Assembly: GCA_963702005.1 (NCBI GenBank)
Contig: OY969696.1
Coordinates: 320,001-384,000, forward strand
Length of the DNA stretch: 64,000 bases
DNA from: Candidatus Aminicenantes bacterium
Lineage (GTDB): Bacteria > Acidobacteriota > Aminicenantia > Aminicenantales > JAFGBC01
Reading direction: 5' to 3'
Numbering within the stretch: position 1 is the first letter of the stretch; each line of letters opens with the position of its first letter. The notes beneath the pieces are model-generated. The model was not told the origin of the DNA and did no database searches. It saw nothing but the letters and a program-made list of their open reading frames with translations. Shown here piece after piece: positions 38,623 to 50,219 of this stretch. Made by a program: the position numbers and the translations under genes.

Positions 38623-39478
38623 GTTCCGCCGCCAGGGCCAAAACATCCCGGGCCGAGGCCCGACCCAGGTTGATGATGAAGTTCGCATGCCCTTGAAAGA
38701 CGGCGGCGTCGCCGACACGAAGGCCCTTAGCTCCCGCCTGGTCCAATAGCCGCCCCGCGGCCAGCTTGGTCCCGTCCCTTAGGACCGGGTTCTTGAAATA
38801 GCTCCCCGCGCAGGGAGTGCCGGGACGGGGATGTTTGCCGCTCCGGGATTCCAAATAATCCTTGACGCGCCGTCGGATCAGGGCGGGATCTCCCGGTTCG
38901 ACATCAAACCTGACTCCACTTATAATTTGGTGATCGTCCTGGAGATGGGAGCGGCGGTAGGCAAAAGCCATCTCGGCCTTGGTCCGGACGGCCGTCTGCC
39001 CGTTCCCGAGGAGGAGATCGACGTCTCGGACGGCCTCGCCGATGCTCCGGCCGAAGGCGCCGGCATTCCCGCAGACGGCGCCGCCGACCGTGCCCGGGAT
39101 GCCCGCCAGAAACTCCAGGCCGGCCATGGACCGTTCAACCAGGAATTCGACCAGGCTTTCGAGGGGCGTGCCCGAGAAGGCCGTTACCACTGAGCCCCGC
39201 CGCTCCAGACCCCGAACTTCGTTCCGGATAACGATGCCGCGAAACCCCTCGTCATCGAACAGGAGGTTCGAGCCGCCTCCGATGATATAGAACCTCTTCC
39301 CCGCCTCCCGAGCCCAGGCGACGGCCTTCTCGAGGTCGCCGACGGATTCCGCCCGAAACAGGAGGTCGGCCGGCCCCCCTATCCTGAACCAGGACCATTC
39401 GGAGAGGGGGGCGGACGGCAGCGCCGGCCGTCCGACTTTGGAGGCGAAGGACGCGGCGAGCGCCTGTTTGCTTTCCAC
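38540..39478 (-). CDS. murB: UDP-N-acetylenolpyruvoylglucosamine reductase
   Basis: FRIGGPAD, GGGSNLL, GLEFLAGIPGTVGGA..NAGAFG, AGSYFKNP, HANFIIN.G, LEEEV. Confidence 0.95.
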   Translation of the reverse strand: MESKQALAASFASKVGRPALPSAPLSEWSWFRIGGPADLLFRAESVGDLEKAVAWAREAGKRFYIIGGGSNLLFDDEGFRGIVIRNEVRGLERRGSVVTAFSGTPLESLVEFLVERSMAGLEFLAGIPGTVGGAVCGNAGAFGRSIGEAVRDVDLLLGNGQTAVRTKAEMAFAYRRSHLQDDHQIISGVRFDVEPGDPALIRRRVKDYLESRSGKHPRPGTPCAGSYFKNPVLRDGTKLAAGRLLDQAGAKGLRVGDAAVFQGHANFIINLGRASARDVLALAAELKERVRNGFGVELEEEVVYLPATASML

Positions 39479-39548
39479 GGGGTCTATTCTAAGCCAAAAG
39501 CCGGGATCCGCGCAAAAAGAGGGAAGGTACTTTTTCCCGCTTTGAACT

Positions 39549-39564
39549 TGGCACGCTTTTTGCT
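39549..39564 (+). promoter_or_regulatory. Sigma-54 (-24/-12) promoter
   Basis: TGGCACG-CTTT-TTGCT is a perfect consensus; a sigma70 TTGACT-N17-TATTAT follows at 39621-39649. Confidence 0.7.
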
Positions 39565-39676
39565 ATAGTTATTGCGCGTGTGCTGCGGCCGGGCGGGTCG
39601 GCCGTAAGTATTAATTCATATTGACTTTTCATGAGAGGCGCGCTATTATTCAAAAAATTTTGATGCGAGGTTGTGT

Positions 39677-42960
<3,284 letters not shown>

Positions 42961-42967
42961 AGGCCCC

Positions 42968-44383
42968 TCACTTTTTTTTGGGGCCGAACAGGGAAAAGGA
43001 GAAAAATCCCTTTTTCTTGCCGCCCTGGTCGAGTTCGCGGAGTGCGATCTCGTGCTCGGAGTCGATCGCCACGGCCCGTTCGAACTGGCGGCGGGCCTTG
43101 GTCAAGAGCCCTTCGTTCTTATAAAGCACCCCCAGGGCGACCAGTCCTTCCGGGTTCCAGGGTTCGAGCTCGATGGCCCTTATGAAATCCTGTTCGGCCT
43201 TCTTCTGGAAGGTGGGGACTTTGCACTCGGCCATTCCCAGAAGGAGATAATAGTCACCCTTCGGTCCGCCCAGGCGAACGGCCTGCTCGAGAAGGATGAC
43301 GGCCTCCTCGAAGCGGCCCTGGTTGTACAGCGTCTTGCCCTGGCGGAACTTGATGTCCGCTTTCTTGGCCTGGCTGGTCGAATCCTCCTGGGGACCCGAG
43401 CTCAGCTTTTGATCGTAATCGGACCTGGCGCCGCGCTCGATCAGGGTCCGATAGGCCTTGGTCACGAGGTCGAAGACGTCGTCGACCTGCTTTTTGATGT
43501 CCGAGGAAAGGTTCCGGCCAAACCGGTCGGGGTGGCATTTGCGGGCCAGCTGGAAGTAGGCCTTCTTAATGTCTTCCTCCGGGGAGTCCTTGGAGACCCG
43601 GAAGAACTGGTAATAATTCAGGGTCGCCAGCCGGTCCTTCAAGGCCAGGATTTCCCAGAGCTGGGCCTGGAGGGATTCGCCGGCGGCCTCTCCGGCCGGT
43701 TCTGGAACGGCTTCGGCGGCCTCCTCCGGGAAATCTATAATGCCCAGGCCATAAAGAAGGTAAAGGCTTTTCCAAAACTCCTCCGGGCTCATGCCCGATA
43801 AGGCGGCCAAGCTGGAGCCGTCCAGCTTCCCGTTGATATAGCCGAGAAGCTTCTTTTCCGCTTCGGACAGCAGATGCTGGTGGATTCTCGCCAAGAAAAC
43901 GGGAACCCGGTTCTCGAGGGATTTCTTCAATTCCGGATGGAAGCGCATGCCGCGGATCCCTTCCTCGATCAGGAAGGGGATGCCGATCCGGGACTGGATG
44001 GACTGGTCGACGAACCGCTCCTGCTCCTGGAACCCGATCTCCCCCTCGAAGTAGGAGAACAGGCTCAGCGTGATCTCCTTCATCTGGGCCATCAACCCAT
44101 CCTGAAGCTCCTGCTCCTTGATGATGCCCAGGCCGACCAGAACCTTGCCGATGTTCTGGCGGGGCTCGATGTATTGCTCGATCTTGGAGTGGACCTCCTG
44201 GGAGATGGATCCTTGGCGGAACAGGACTTCGCCGATCTTCTCCGAGGCGACGTTGGTCCGGGCGAAGATGAGGTTTCCGTTCTGGAAGAAGAGGTATTTC
44301 TGGATCTCCCCGAACTTGAAATCGAGTCGTCCGGTCTTTTTGTTTAAAGAAACGTCCCTGAGAAAATGGGCGACATGATTCAT
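42968..44383 (-). CDS. DUF4388 + J-domain + TPR protein
   Basis: KTGRL..LFFQNGNL..A N-terminus; NYYQFF.V..DIKKAYFQLARKCHPDRF; C-terminal TPRs. Confidence 0.85.
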   Translation of the reverse strand: MNHVAHFLRDVSLNKKTGRLDFKFGEIQKYLFFQNGNLIFARTNVASEKIGEVLFRQGSISQEVHSKIEQYIEPRQNIGKVLVGLGIIKEQELQDGLMAQMKEITLSLFSYFEGEIGFQEQERFVDQSIQSRIGIPFLIEEGIRGMRFHPELKKSLENRVPVFLARIHQHLLSEAEKKLLGYINGKLDGSSLAALSGMSPEEFWKSLYLLYGLGIIDFPEEAAEAVPEPAGEAAGESLQAQLWEILALKDRLATLNYYQFFRVSKDSPEEDIKKAYFQLARKCHPDRFGRNLSSDIKKQVDDVFDLVTKAYRTLIERGARSDYDQKLSSGPQEDSTSQAKKADIKFRQGKTLYNQGRFEEAVILLEQAVRLGGPKGDYYLLLGMAECKVPTFQKKAEQDFIRAIELEPWNPEGLVALGVLYKNEGLLTKARRQFERAVAIDSEHEIALRELDQGGKKKGFFSFSLFGPKKK

Positions 44384-44487
44384 GAGCGATTTCCTTATAA
44401 CGCATCCGGCGGAAATATGCAATAGACCGTGGGCGGTGCCGGGCCGGTTTCGTTGAAAAGCCGGGGGAATTGTGCTACTTTCACGAT

Positions 44488-45342
44488 ATGAAGATCGCCT
44501 TGGCCCAGATCGCGCCCGCCCTGGGGAATATCAAAAAGAATCTCGACCTCCATTTCCGGGCTCTCGAGAAGGCCCGCCGCAAAAAAGCCGACCTCGTCGT
44601 CTTCCCCGAATTGAGCTTGACCGGCTATAACCTCAGGGATTTGACCGAGGAGACGGCCCTCGATCCCCATTCCGACCCCGTCTTCAAAAAACTTTTGGCC
44701 GCCAGCCGGGTCATCGATATGGTCATCGGCTTCGTTGAGGAATCCCCCCAAGAACGGGGGCTTCTTTACAACGCGGCCGCCTACCTGTCGCGAGGCGCCA
44801 TCCTCCACGTCCACCGCAAGGTCGTCCTCCCGACCTACGGCATGTTCGAGGAGGGAAAATTTTTCGCGCGCGGGAAGGACCTTCGGGCTTTCGCCACTCG
44901 TCACGGCCGGACCGGGCTCATGATCTGCCGGGACTTCCTCCAGCTCGGGAGCGGCTACCTCCTCCAGGCCGAGGGGGCGGAGATGATCATCACCGTCAGC
45001 GCCGCGCCCGGCCGGGGATCGACCCGGGGACAGTCCTTCGCTTCGAGCCGGATGTGGGAGCTCATGGGCGAGGCCCTGGCTTTCTTCTCGTCGTCCTTCG
45101 TCGTCTATTGCAACCGGGTCGGGTTCGAGGAAGGGATCGCCTTCGCGGGGGGATCGTTCATCTTCGGGCCGGACGGCAGCCTCGTCGGCCGCTGCCCCTG
45201 CCTCGACGAGGACCTCAAGGTCTTGGAGATTCACCCCGGGGCCGTCCGCAACGCCCGGCGCCGGATGCATTTCCACAAAGAAGACAGGCCCGAAGTCATC
45301 CTCGAGGGACTGCGCAGGATCGTCCAGAATCATGACCATTAA
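44488..45342 (+). CDS. Carbon-nitrogen hydrolase (likely glutaminase subunit of NAD synthetase)
   Basis: FPELSLTGY, HRKVVLPTYGMFEE, LMICRD triad; overlaps nadE. Confidence 0.85.
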   Translation: MKIALAQIAPALGNIKKNLDLHFRALEKARRKKADLVVFPELSLTGYNLRDLTEETALDPHSDPVFKKLLAASRVIDMVIGFVEESPQERGLLYNAAAYLSRGAILHVHRKVVLPTYGMFEEGKFFARGKDLRAFATRHGRTGLMICRDFLQLGSGYLLQAEGAEMIITVSAAPGRGSTRGQSFASSRMWELMGEALAFFSSSFVVYCNRVGFEEGIAFAGGSFIFGPDGSLVGRCPCLDEDLKVLEIHPGAVRNARRRMHFHKEDRPEVILEGLRRIVQNHDH

Positions 45343-46144
45343 TCCCCGTTTCGTGGAGAAGGTGCTGACCGCCTTCATTCGACAGGAGTTCGCCAGGTTC
45401 GGGTTCAAGAACGGGATCCTCGGGCTTTCGGGCGGGCTCGATTCCGCGGTCTCGGCCTCTCTGGCCGTCCGGGCCCTCGGACCCTCGCACGTCATCGCCC
45501 TGATCATGCCCTACGGGGCCTCCTTCTCCCGAGAAGTCCAGGACGCCCGGGAGCTGGCGGCGCGTCTCCGCGTCCGGTCGCGAGTCATCGATATCGCCCC
45601 CATGGTCGACGCCTATTTCTTTCGCCACCCGTCGAAAAGCCTGGTCCAGAAGGGCAACAAGATGGCTCGCGAGCGGATGTCCATCCTCTATGATTTTTCG
45701 GAGAGGGAGAAGTCCTTGATCATCGGCACCAGCAACAAGACCGAGCTGCTGCTCGGGTACGGGACGATCCACGGCGACATGGCCTGCGCCATCAACCCGC
45801 TCGGCGACCTGTATAAGACCCAGGTCCGCGAGATGGGCCGTCACTTCGGGCTCCCGCCCCGGATCCTCAGGAAGAGGCCGACGGCCGGGCTGTGGCCGGG
45901 ACAGACGGACGAAGCGGAGATCGGCATGAGCTACGCCGAGGCCGACCGGATTCTCTATCACCTCGTCGACCTCCGCGAAACGCGCCGGGAGGTGGCGGAG
46001 CGGGGTTTCGAGCGCCGGATGGTCGAGCGGATCGCTTCCCTGATCCGGGGTTCCGAGTTCAAACGCAAGCTGCCGCCCGTTGCCAAGATCTCCTTCCGGT
46101 CGGTGGGGCACGATTTTCTCTATCCCTACGACCGAGACCGCTGA
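45332..46144 (+). CDS. nadE: NAD+ synthetase
   Basis: LGLSGGLDS, GNKMARERM, GTSNKTELLLGYGT.HGD, DLYKTQV, PTAGLWPGQTDE. Confidence 0.96.
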   Translation: MTINPRFVEKVLTAFIRQEFARFGFKNGILGLSGGLDSAVSASLAVRALGPSHVIALIMPYGASFSREVQDARELAARLRVRSRVIDIAPMVDAYFFRHPSKSLVQKGNKMARERMSILYDFSEREKSLIIGTSNKTELLLGYGTIHGDMACAINPLGDLYKTQVREMGRHFGLPPRILRKRPTAGLWPGQTDEAEIGMSYAEADRILYHLVDLRETRREVAERGFERRMVERIASLIRGSEFKRKLPPVAKISFRSVGHDFLYPYDRDR

Positions 46145-46147
46145 ATC

Positions 46148-46846
46148 ATGGAACCGAGCGGACCCCCCTCTCGACCCCGAGGGACGCTCTTCATCACAGC
46201 GACCCCGATCGGTAACCTCGAGGATATCTCTCTCCGGGCCCTCCGCATCCTGCGCGAAGTCGATTTCATCGCCTGCGAAGACACGCGGCAGACGGTCAAA
46301 ATCCTAAACAAGTACGGCATTCGAAAAAAACTGATCAGCTATTACCAAGCCCGGGAGCGGCAAAAGCTGCCGGCCCTCCTCCAAGCCCTCGAAGAAGGCC
46401 GGAGCGTGGCCTTGGTCAGCGACGCGGGAACGCCCGCCATCTCGGACCCCGGCTTCCCCTTAGTGAGGGAAGCCGTTCGGAGGGGACTCCGCGTCGTCCC
46501 CGTTCCCGGCCCCTGCGCCCTGACGGCGGCTCTCTCCGCGTCCGGGCTGCCCACCCACAGGTTTTTATTCGTGGGATTCCCGCCCCCAAAATTGGAAGCC
46601 ATGAAGAAATGGCTTCGCGCCCTCCACGATGAAGAGGGAACGCTGATCCTCTATCTCCCGGCCAGGAAAGCGGCGGTGTTTCTGGGGGCCGTGGAAGAGG
46701 TCTTCGGCCAGAGGGAGCTCGTTGTAGCCAGAGAGATGACCAAGATCCACGAGGAATTTCTGCGGGGAACGGCCAAAGCGATCAGGGATGAGGCAGTAAA
46801 AACGTTGGTCAAGGGAGAGATGACCATTCTTATCCAGGGCAAATAA
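46148..46846 (+). CDS. rsmI: 16S rRNA (cytidine1402-2'-O)-methyltransferase
   Basis: ATPIGNLEDIS.RA, ACEDTR, VSDAGTPAISDPG, AREMTKIHEE. Confidence 0.94.
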   Translation: MEPSGPPSRPRGTLFITATPIGNLEDISLRALRILREVDFIACEDTRQTVKILNKYGIRKKLISYYQARERQKLPALLQALEEGRSVALVSDAGTPAISDPGFPLVREAVRRGLRVVPVPGPCALTAALSASGLPTHRFLFVGFPPPKLEAMKKWLRALHDEEGTLILYLPARKAAVFLGAVEEVFGQRELVVAREMTKIHEEFLRGTAKAIRDEAVKTLVKGEMTILIQGK

Positions 46847-46870
46847 GTTTTTTGTCCAAAAGAGGTAAAA

Positions 46871-47335
46871 ATGGCGATCATTAAATTCGATCCTTTCAGG
46901 GATATGATCACCCTAAGGGACAAAATGAACAAGCTTTTCGAGGACGCGTTCGTCCAAAGAGGGGAAGATAAAGATATGATCTCCAGCGCCTGGCTTCCTG
47001 CCGTGGATATCTTTGAATCCGACAATGAGCTGGTCCTGACGGCCGAGGTGCCCGGCATCGACGAAAAGGACATCGAGATCTCCCTGGAAAACAATGTTCT
47101 CTCCATCAAGGGCGAACGAAAGTTCGATAAAGAGACCAAAGAAGAGAATTATCACCGCATCGAGCGGTCCTATGGAACGTTCTATCGGTCTTTTACCCTG
47201 CCCAGCCATGTGGATTCCGAGAAGATCAACGCGGTCCACGAGAACGGGATTTTAAAAATCAGAATGAGCAAAAAACACGAGCTCAAGCCCAAAAAGGTTA
47301 AAATCCTGAAACCCCAGCCCTCCGACAAGAAGTAG
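46871..47335 (+). CDS. Hsp20/alpha-crystallin small heat shock protein
   Basis: W.PAVDI.E, AEVPG, L.IKGERK, ERSYG.F.RSFTLP, A..ENGIL.I. Confidence 0.95.
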   Translation: MAIIKFDPFRDMITLRDKMNKLFEDAFVQRGEDKDMISSAWLPAVDIFESDNELVLTAEVPGIDEKDIEISLENNVLSIKGERKFDKETKEENYHRIERSYGTFYRSFTLPSHVDSEKINAVHENGILKIRMSKKHELKPKKVKILKPQPSDKK

Positions 47336-47343
47336 TCCGATAC

Positions 47344-47382
47344 GAGGGGGGCGATTCCCGCGCGGGTGCTGCCCCCCTTTTT
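47344..47382 (+). terminator. Rho-independent terminator after hsp20
   Basis: AGGGGGGC...GCCCCCCT stem followed by a T run. Confidence 0.7.
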
Positions 47383-47404
47383 GCCCGATCGTCCCGGAGC
47401 TTCC

Positions 47405-48148
47405 TCAAGCCCGGGCCAAGGTGATCGCCCGCACTTCGCCCGCCCCGGCCCCGAGAAGGGCCTTAGCACACTCTTTCAATGTCGCGCCGGTCGTACAGAC
47501 ATCGTCCACGAGGATAATCACGCCTCCCCGGATTCGCTCCGGATATTTGACATCGAAGATCCCCCGTACGTTCCGAGCCCGGTCGGCGGCCTCGAGCGTC
47601 GATTGGGGGGGTGCGTTCCTCGTCCGGATCAGGGCCTTTTCAAGGGATGGCACGCCGCACCTCCTTGCCAGCTCCCGCGTCAACAGAGCGGATTGGTTGA
47701 ATCCCCGCTCTCGTTCCCTTTTAGGATGAAGGGGAACGGGGACAAGGGCTTGGGCGCCCCACCACAGGTCTTCATCCTTGCGGAGGGCCGCAAAGGCCCG
47801 CTCGGCCAGAATCCCGGCTAGGACGGAGTAGCCCTGGAATTTATAAAGGAGGATGAGATCCTTCAAGACTCCCGCGTAGCGGCCGTACGACCTGTGGCGG
47901 GAAAAGGGCGGCGGCGACTCCAGACAGGAGGCGCAGTAGTGGGATTCTCCAGCGCCGTCGAAGAACGTCCCGCAGCACGGGCATGACGGGGACCGTTCGG
48001 GAATCAGTTTGGCCAGACAAGCGCCGCAGACGACCCGTTCGCCGGGAGTTTCGAGCCAGGCCTGGCAGACCCGGCAGCGGGAAGGATAAAGGGTCCGTCC
48101 GATCGTCGCGCCGGCCCGGGCGGCGATGCGCGTGAAGAATCCGGTCAA
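47405..48148 (-). CDS. ComF family (double Zn-ribbon phosphoribosyltransferase-like) protein
   Basis: Four CxxC pairs, PVPLH..R..ERGFNQS, LVDDV.TTGATL. Confidence 0.92.
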   Translation of the reverse strand: MTGFFTRIAARAGATIGRTLYPSRCRVCQAWLETPGERVVCGACLAKLIPERSPSCPCCGTFFDGAGESHYCASCLESPPPFSRHRSYGRYAGVLKDLILLYKFQGYSVLAGILAERAFAALRKDEDLWWGAQALVPVPLHPKRERERGFNQSALLTRELARRCGVPSLEKALIRTRNAPPQSTLEAADRARNVRGIFDVKYPERIRGGVIILVDDVCTTGATLKECAKALLGAGAGEVRAITLARA

Positions 48149-48499
48149 CCCGCTTCTTCCTCGGCCTTCTCCTGGCAAGCGATGCAGAGGGACGACCAGG
48201 GGACCGCCTCCAGCCTCTTCTTGCCGATGTCCTTCTGGCAGGACTGGCAGCAACCGTATTCATCCCGCTGGAGCCGGAGGAGGGCCTGGTCGATCTGGAG
48301 GAGCAACTCCCGTTCGGCGTCGGATAAGCTCAACAGGAATTCTTTGGTGTAGGAGTTCTCGGCCTTATCAACGGGGTCCTGGGCGACATCGGTCTCAATG
48401 TCCTTGCTCTCCGTGTAGAAACCGTTGAGACGTTCCATGATTCTTCTGTTTCTTCTCGGCCAGCTTTTTGCGGTAGTAATCCCGTTCTTTCTTTGTCAC
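48145..48499 (-). CDS. TraR/DksA C4 zinc-finger protein (apparent frameshift near 5' end)
   Basis: DPVDKA, ID.AL.R...EYG.C.SC...I...RLEAVPW..LCIACQ; GTG at 48499 after an AAGGA RBS gives MTKKERDYYRKKLAEKKQ out of frame by one base. Confidence 0.82.
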
Positions 48500-48511
48500 T
48501 GGAGTATCCTT

Positions 48512-48979
48512 TCACTTGGCATAGGCCCGCCCTTGCAGAATGGTCAAGGAGCGATAGATCTGCTCCAGGAGGACGAGCCGGCACAGCTCATGGGAGAGCG
48601 TCATCCGGGAGAGGGAGAGCCGAAGGTCGGCCTTATCCAGAAGCCGTTCCGCCAATCCCAGGAATCCGCCCACGACGAAGGCGAGGGGACGGCCGGCAGA
48701 AGCCCCCCGCTGCTGGAGAAACCGGGCGAAATCCAGAGAACTCATTTCTCGTCCTTTGTCGATGAGGCAGATAATATAGTCATCTTTAATATGTTTTTCA
48801 AGCCCCTCCGCCTCGATCTTTTTTATCCGGTCGGCGGACCGTTCCGGGAGACCCCGCGCCTCCCGGGTGACGATGAGCCGACAGGGGGCCAGCCTGTTGA
48901 TCCGTTCGAGCCAGCTTTCTTCAAGTCGGCGGAATTCGCGGCTTTTGGTCTGTCCCGGCCAGAGGATTTTAAGCATCAT
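48512..48979 (-). CDS. rlmH: 23S rRNA (pseudouridine1915-N3)-methyltransferase
   Basis: FVVGG..G, LSLSRMTLSHELCRLVLLEQIYR..I..G..Y.K. Confidence 0.93.
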   Translation of the reverse strand: MMLKILWPGQTKSREFRRLEESWLERINRLAPCRLIVTREARGLPERSADRIKKIEAEGLEKHIKDDYIICLIDKGREMSSLDFARFLQQRGASAGRPLAFVVGGFLGLAERLLDKADLRLSLSRMTLSHELCRLVLLEQIYRSLTILQGRAYAK

Positions 48980-49044
48980 CCAGGCGTCTCCGCGTCCCAA
49001 GGACGGTTCGAAGTCCATCCACGATATCGATTCAGCTTCGAAAA

Positions 49045-49127
49045 GTCAACCCCTCGACACCCATACTAAGCCGTTTCCGGCTTAGTATGAGTACTGCAAA
49101 GCGGGGTAGCGTCGGCGAACGGGTCAA
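49045..49127 (-). mobile_element. 83-bp palindromic non-autonomous element, copy 2
   Basis: 78/83 identical to 2777-2859, with a compensatory G:C to A:T change in the stem. Confidence 0.75.
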
Positions 49128-49169
49128 GGGACGCCCCTCGACGGGAGGGTTCGGCGGGCCGTTTGGCGT

Positions 49170-49541
49170 TCAGAACGTCAGGCGGGGGGCGTCTCCCCAG
49201 AGTTTCTCCAGGGCGTAGTACTCCCGCAGCCGAGGAGAGAAAATATGGACGATGAAACTCCCGTAGTCCAGTAGGATCCATTCGCCGCTGTCGAGACCCT
49301 CGGCGCCCAGGGACGCGACCTTTTTCTTCTTGAGCTCTTCCCGGATGTGCTCGAAGATGGCCTGGTTCTGGCGAGTCGAAAGGCCGTTCATGACGATGAA
49401 GAAGTCCGTAAAGGATGACACCTCGCGCAGGTCCAGGACCCGGACGTCCTCGGCCTTCTTGTCGAGCCCGGCTTGGACCGAGATCTTCACGGCCGCCGGG
49501 AGATTCCGTTTGGTGGCTTTCTTGGGAGCGTCTGTGTCCAT
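49170..49541 (-). CDS. rsfS: Ribosome silencing factor RsfS
   Basis: DKKAEDV.VLD, TDFF, WILLDYG..IVHIF...REYY.LEKLWGDA. Confidence 0.95.
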   Translation of the reverse strand: MDTDAPKKATKRNLPAAVKISVQAGLDKKAEDVRVLDLREVSSFTDFFIVMNGLSTRQNQAIFEHIREELKKKKVASLGAEGLDSGEWILLDYGSFIVHIFSPRLREYYALEKLWGDAPRLTF

Positions 49542-49546
49542 GGCTG

Positions 49547-50215
49547 TTACTCGTTGTCCTTTTGATAGAGATGTCGGGAGCGGATGTAGGATTCGACGGC
49601 GGCCGGCACGAGGCCCGCCAGGGGCCGGCCGCTCCGGACCGCCTCCCGGACCTGGGACGAAGAGATATCCAGGGCATCCACGTCCATGAAGAAGATCCGG
49701 TCGCGGACGAACAAGTCCTCGTCGGGAGTCTCCGAATCCGTCAGCAGGTGGCTCCGGTCCGCGTATCGGCCGCCCAGGACGGTCGCGGCCCGATCCCGCG
49801 GCCAGCCCGGCCGGGTCATGACGATCCAATGGCATTCTTCCAGGAGCTGCCGATAATCCTTCCAGGTCTCGATCTCCAGGAATGCATCCGTTCCGAGGAT
49901 GAAGAATAGCCGCGCCCCGGAATGTCGGTTCTTCATTTGTGCCAAGGTCAAGATCGCGTAAGAAGTCTCCCCGGCCTCAACTTCGAACCCGCAGGCCGTT
50001 AGGCCGGGGTGGCCTTGGACGGCCAGCCGAACCATCTCGAGCCGGTCCGCGGCCGGGGCGAGGTCCCCGGTCTCTTTGTGGGGAGGAATATAGGAAGGGA
50101 CGAGCAGAACCTCCCGGAGCCCGAATTTTACGCGGACCCGTTGCGCGGCGTGGATATGCCCGGAGTGGACGGGGTTGAAGGTTCCGCCGAAAAGGCCGAT
50201 CCTGTCCTTCGTCAC
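49547..50215 (-). CDS. nadD: Nicotinate-nucleotide adenylyltransferase
   Basis: GLFGGTFNPVHSGH, PPHK, FILG.DAF..I.TW, ISSSQVR. Confidence 0.95.
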   Translation of the reverse strand: MTKDRIGLFGGTFNPVHSGHIHAAQRVRVKFGLREVLLVPSYIPPHKETGDLAPAADRLEMVRLAVQGHPGLTACGFEVEAGETSYAILTLAQMKNRHSGARLFFILGTDAFLEIETWKDYRQLLEECHWIVMTRPGWPRDRAATVLGGRYADRSHLLTDSETPDEDLFVRDRIFFMDVDALDISSSQVREAVRSGRPLAGLVPAAVESYIRSRHLYQKDNE

Positions 50216-50219
50216 AGCG

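Noticed and set aside
47462-47490. TTAGCAC half-site near hsp20 (CIRCE?)
   Set aside because: Lies inside the comF coding sequence, downstream of hsp20, with no second half-site
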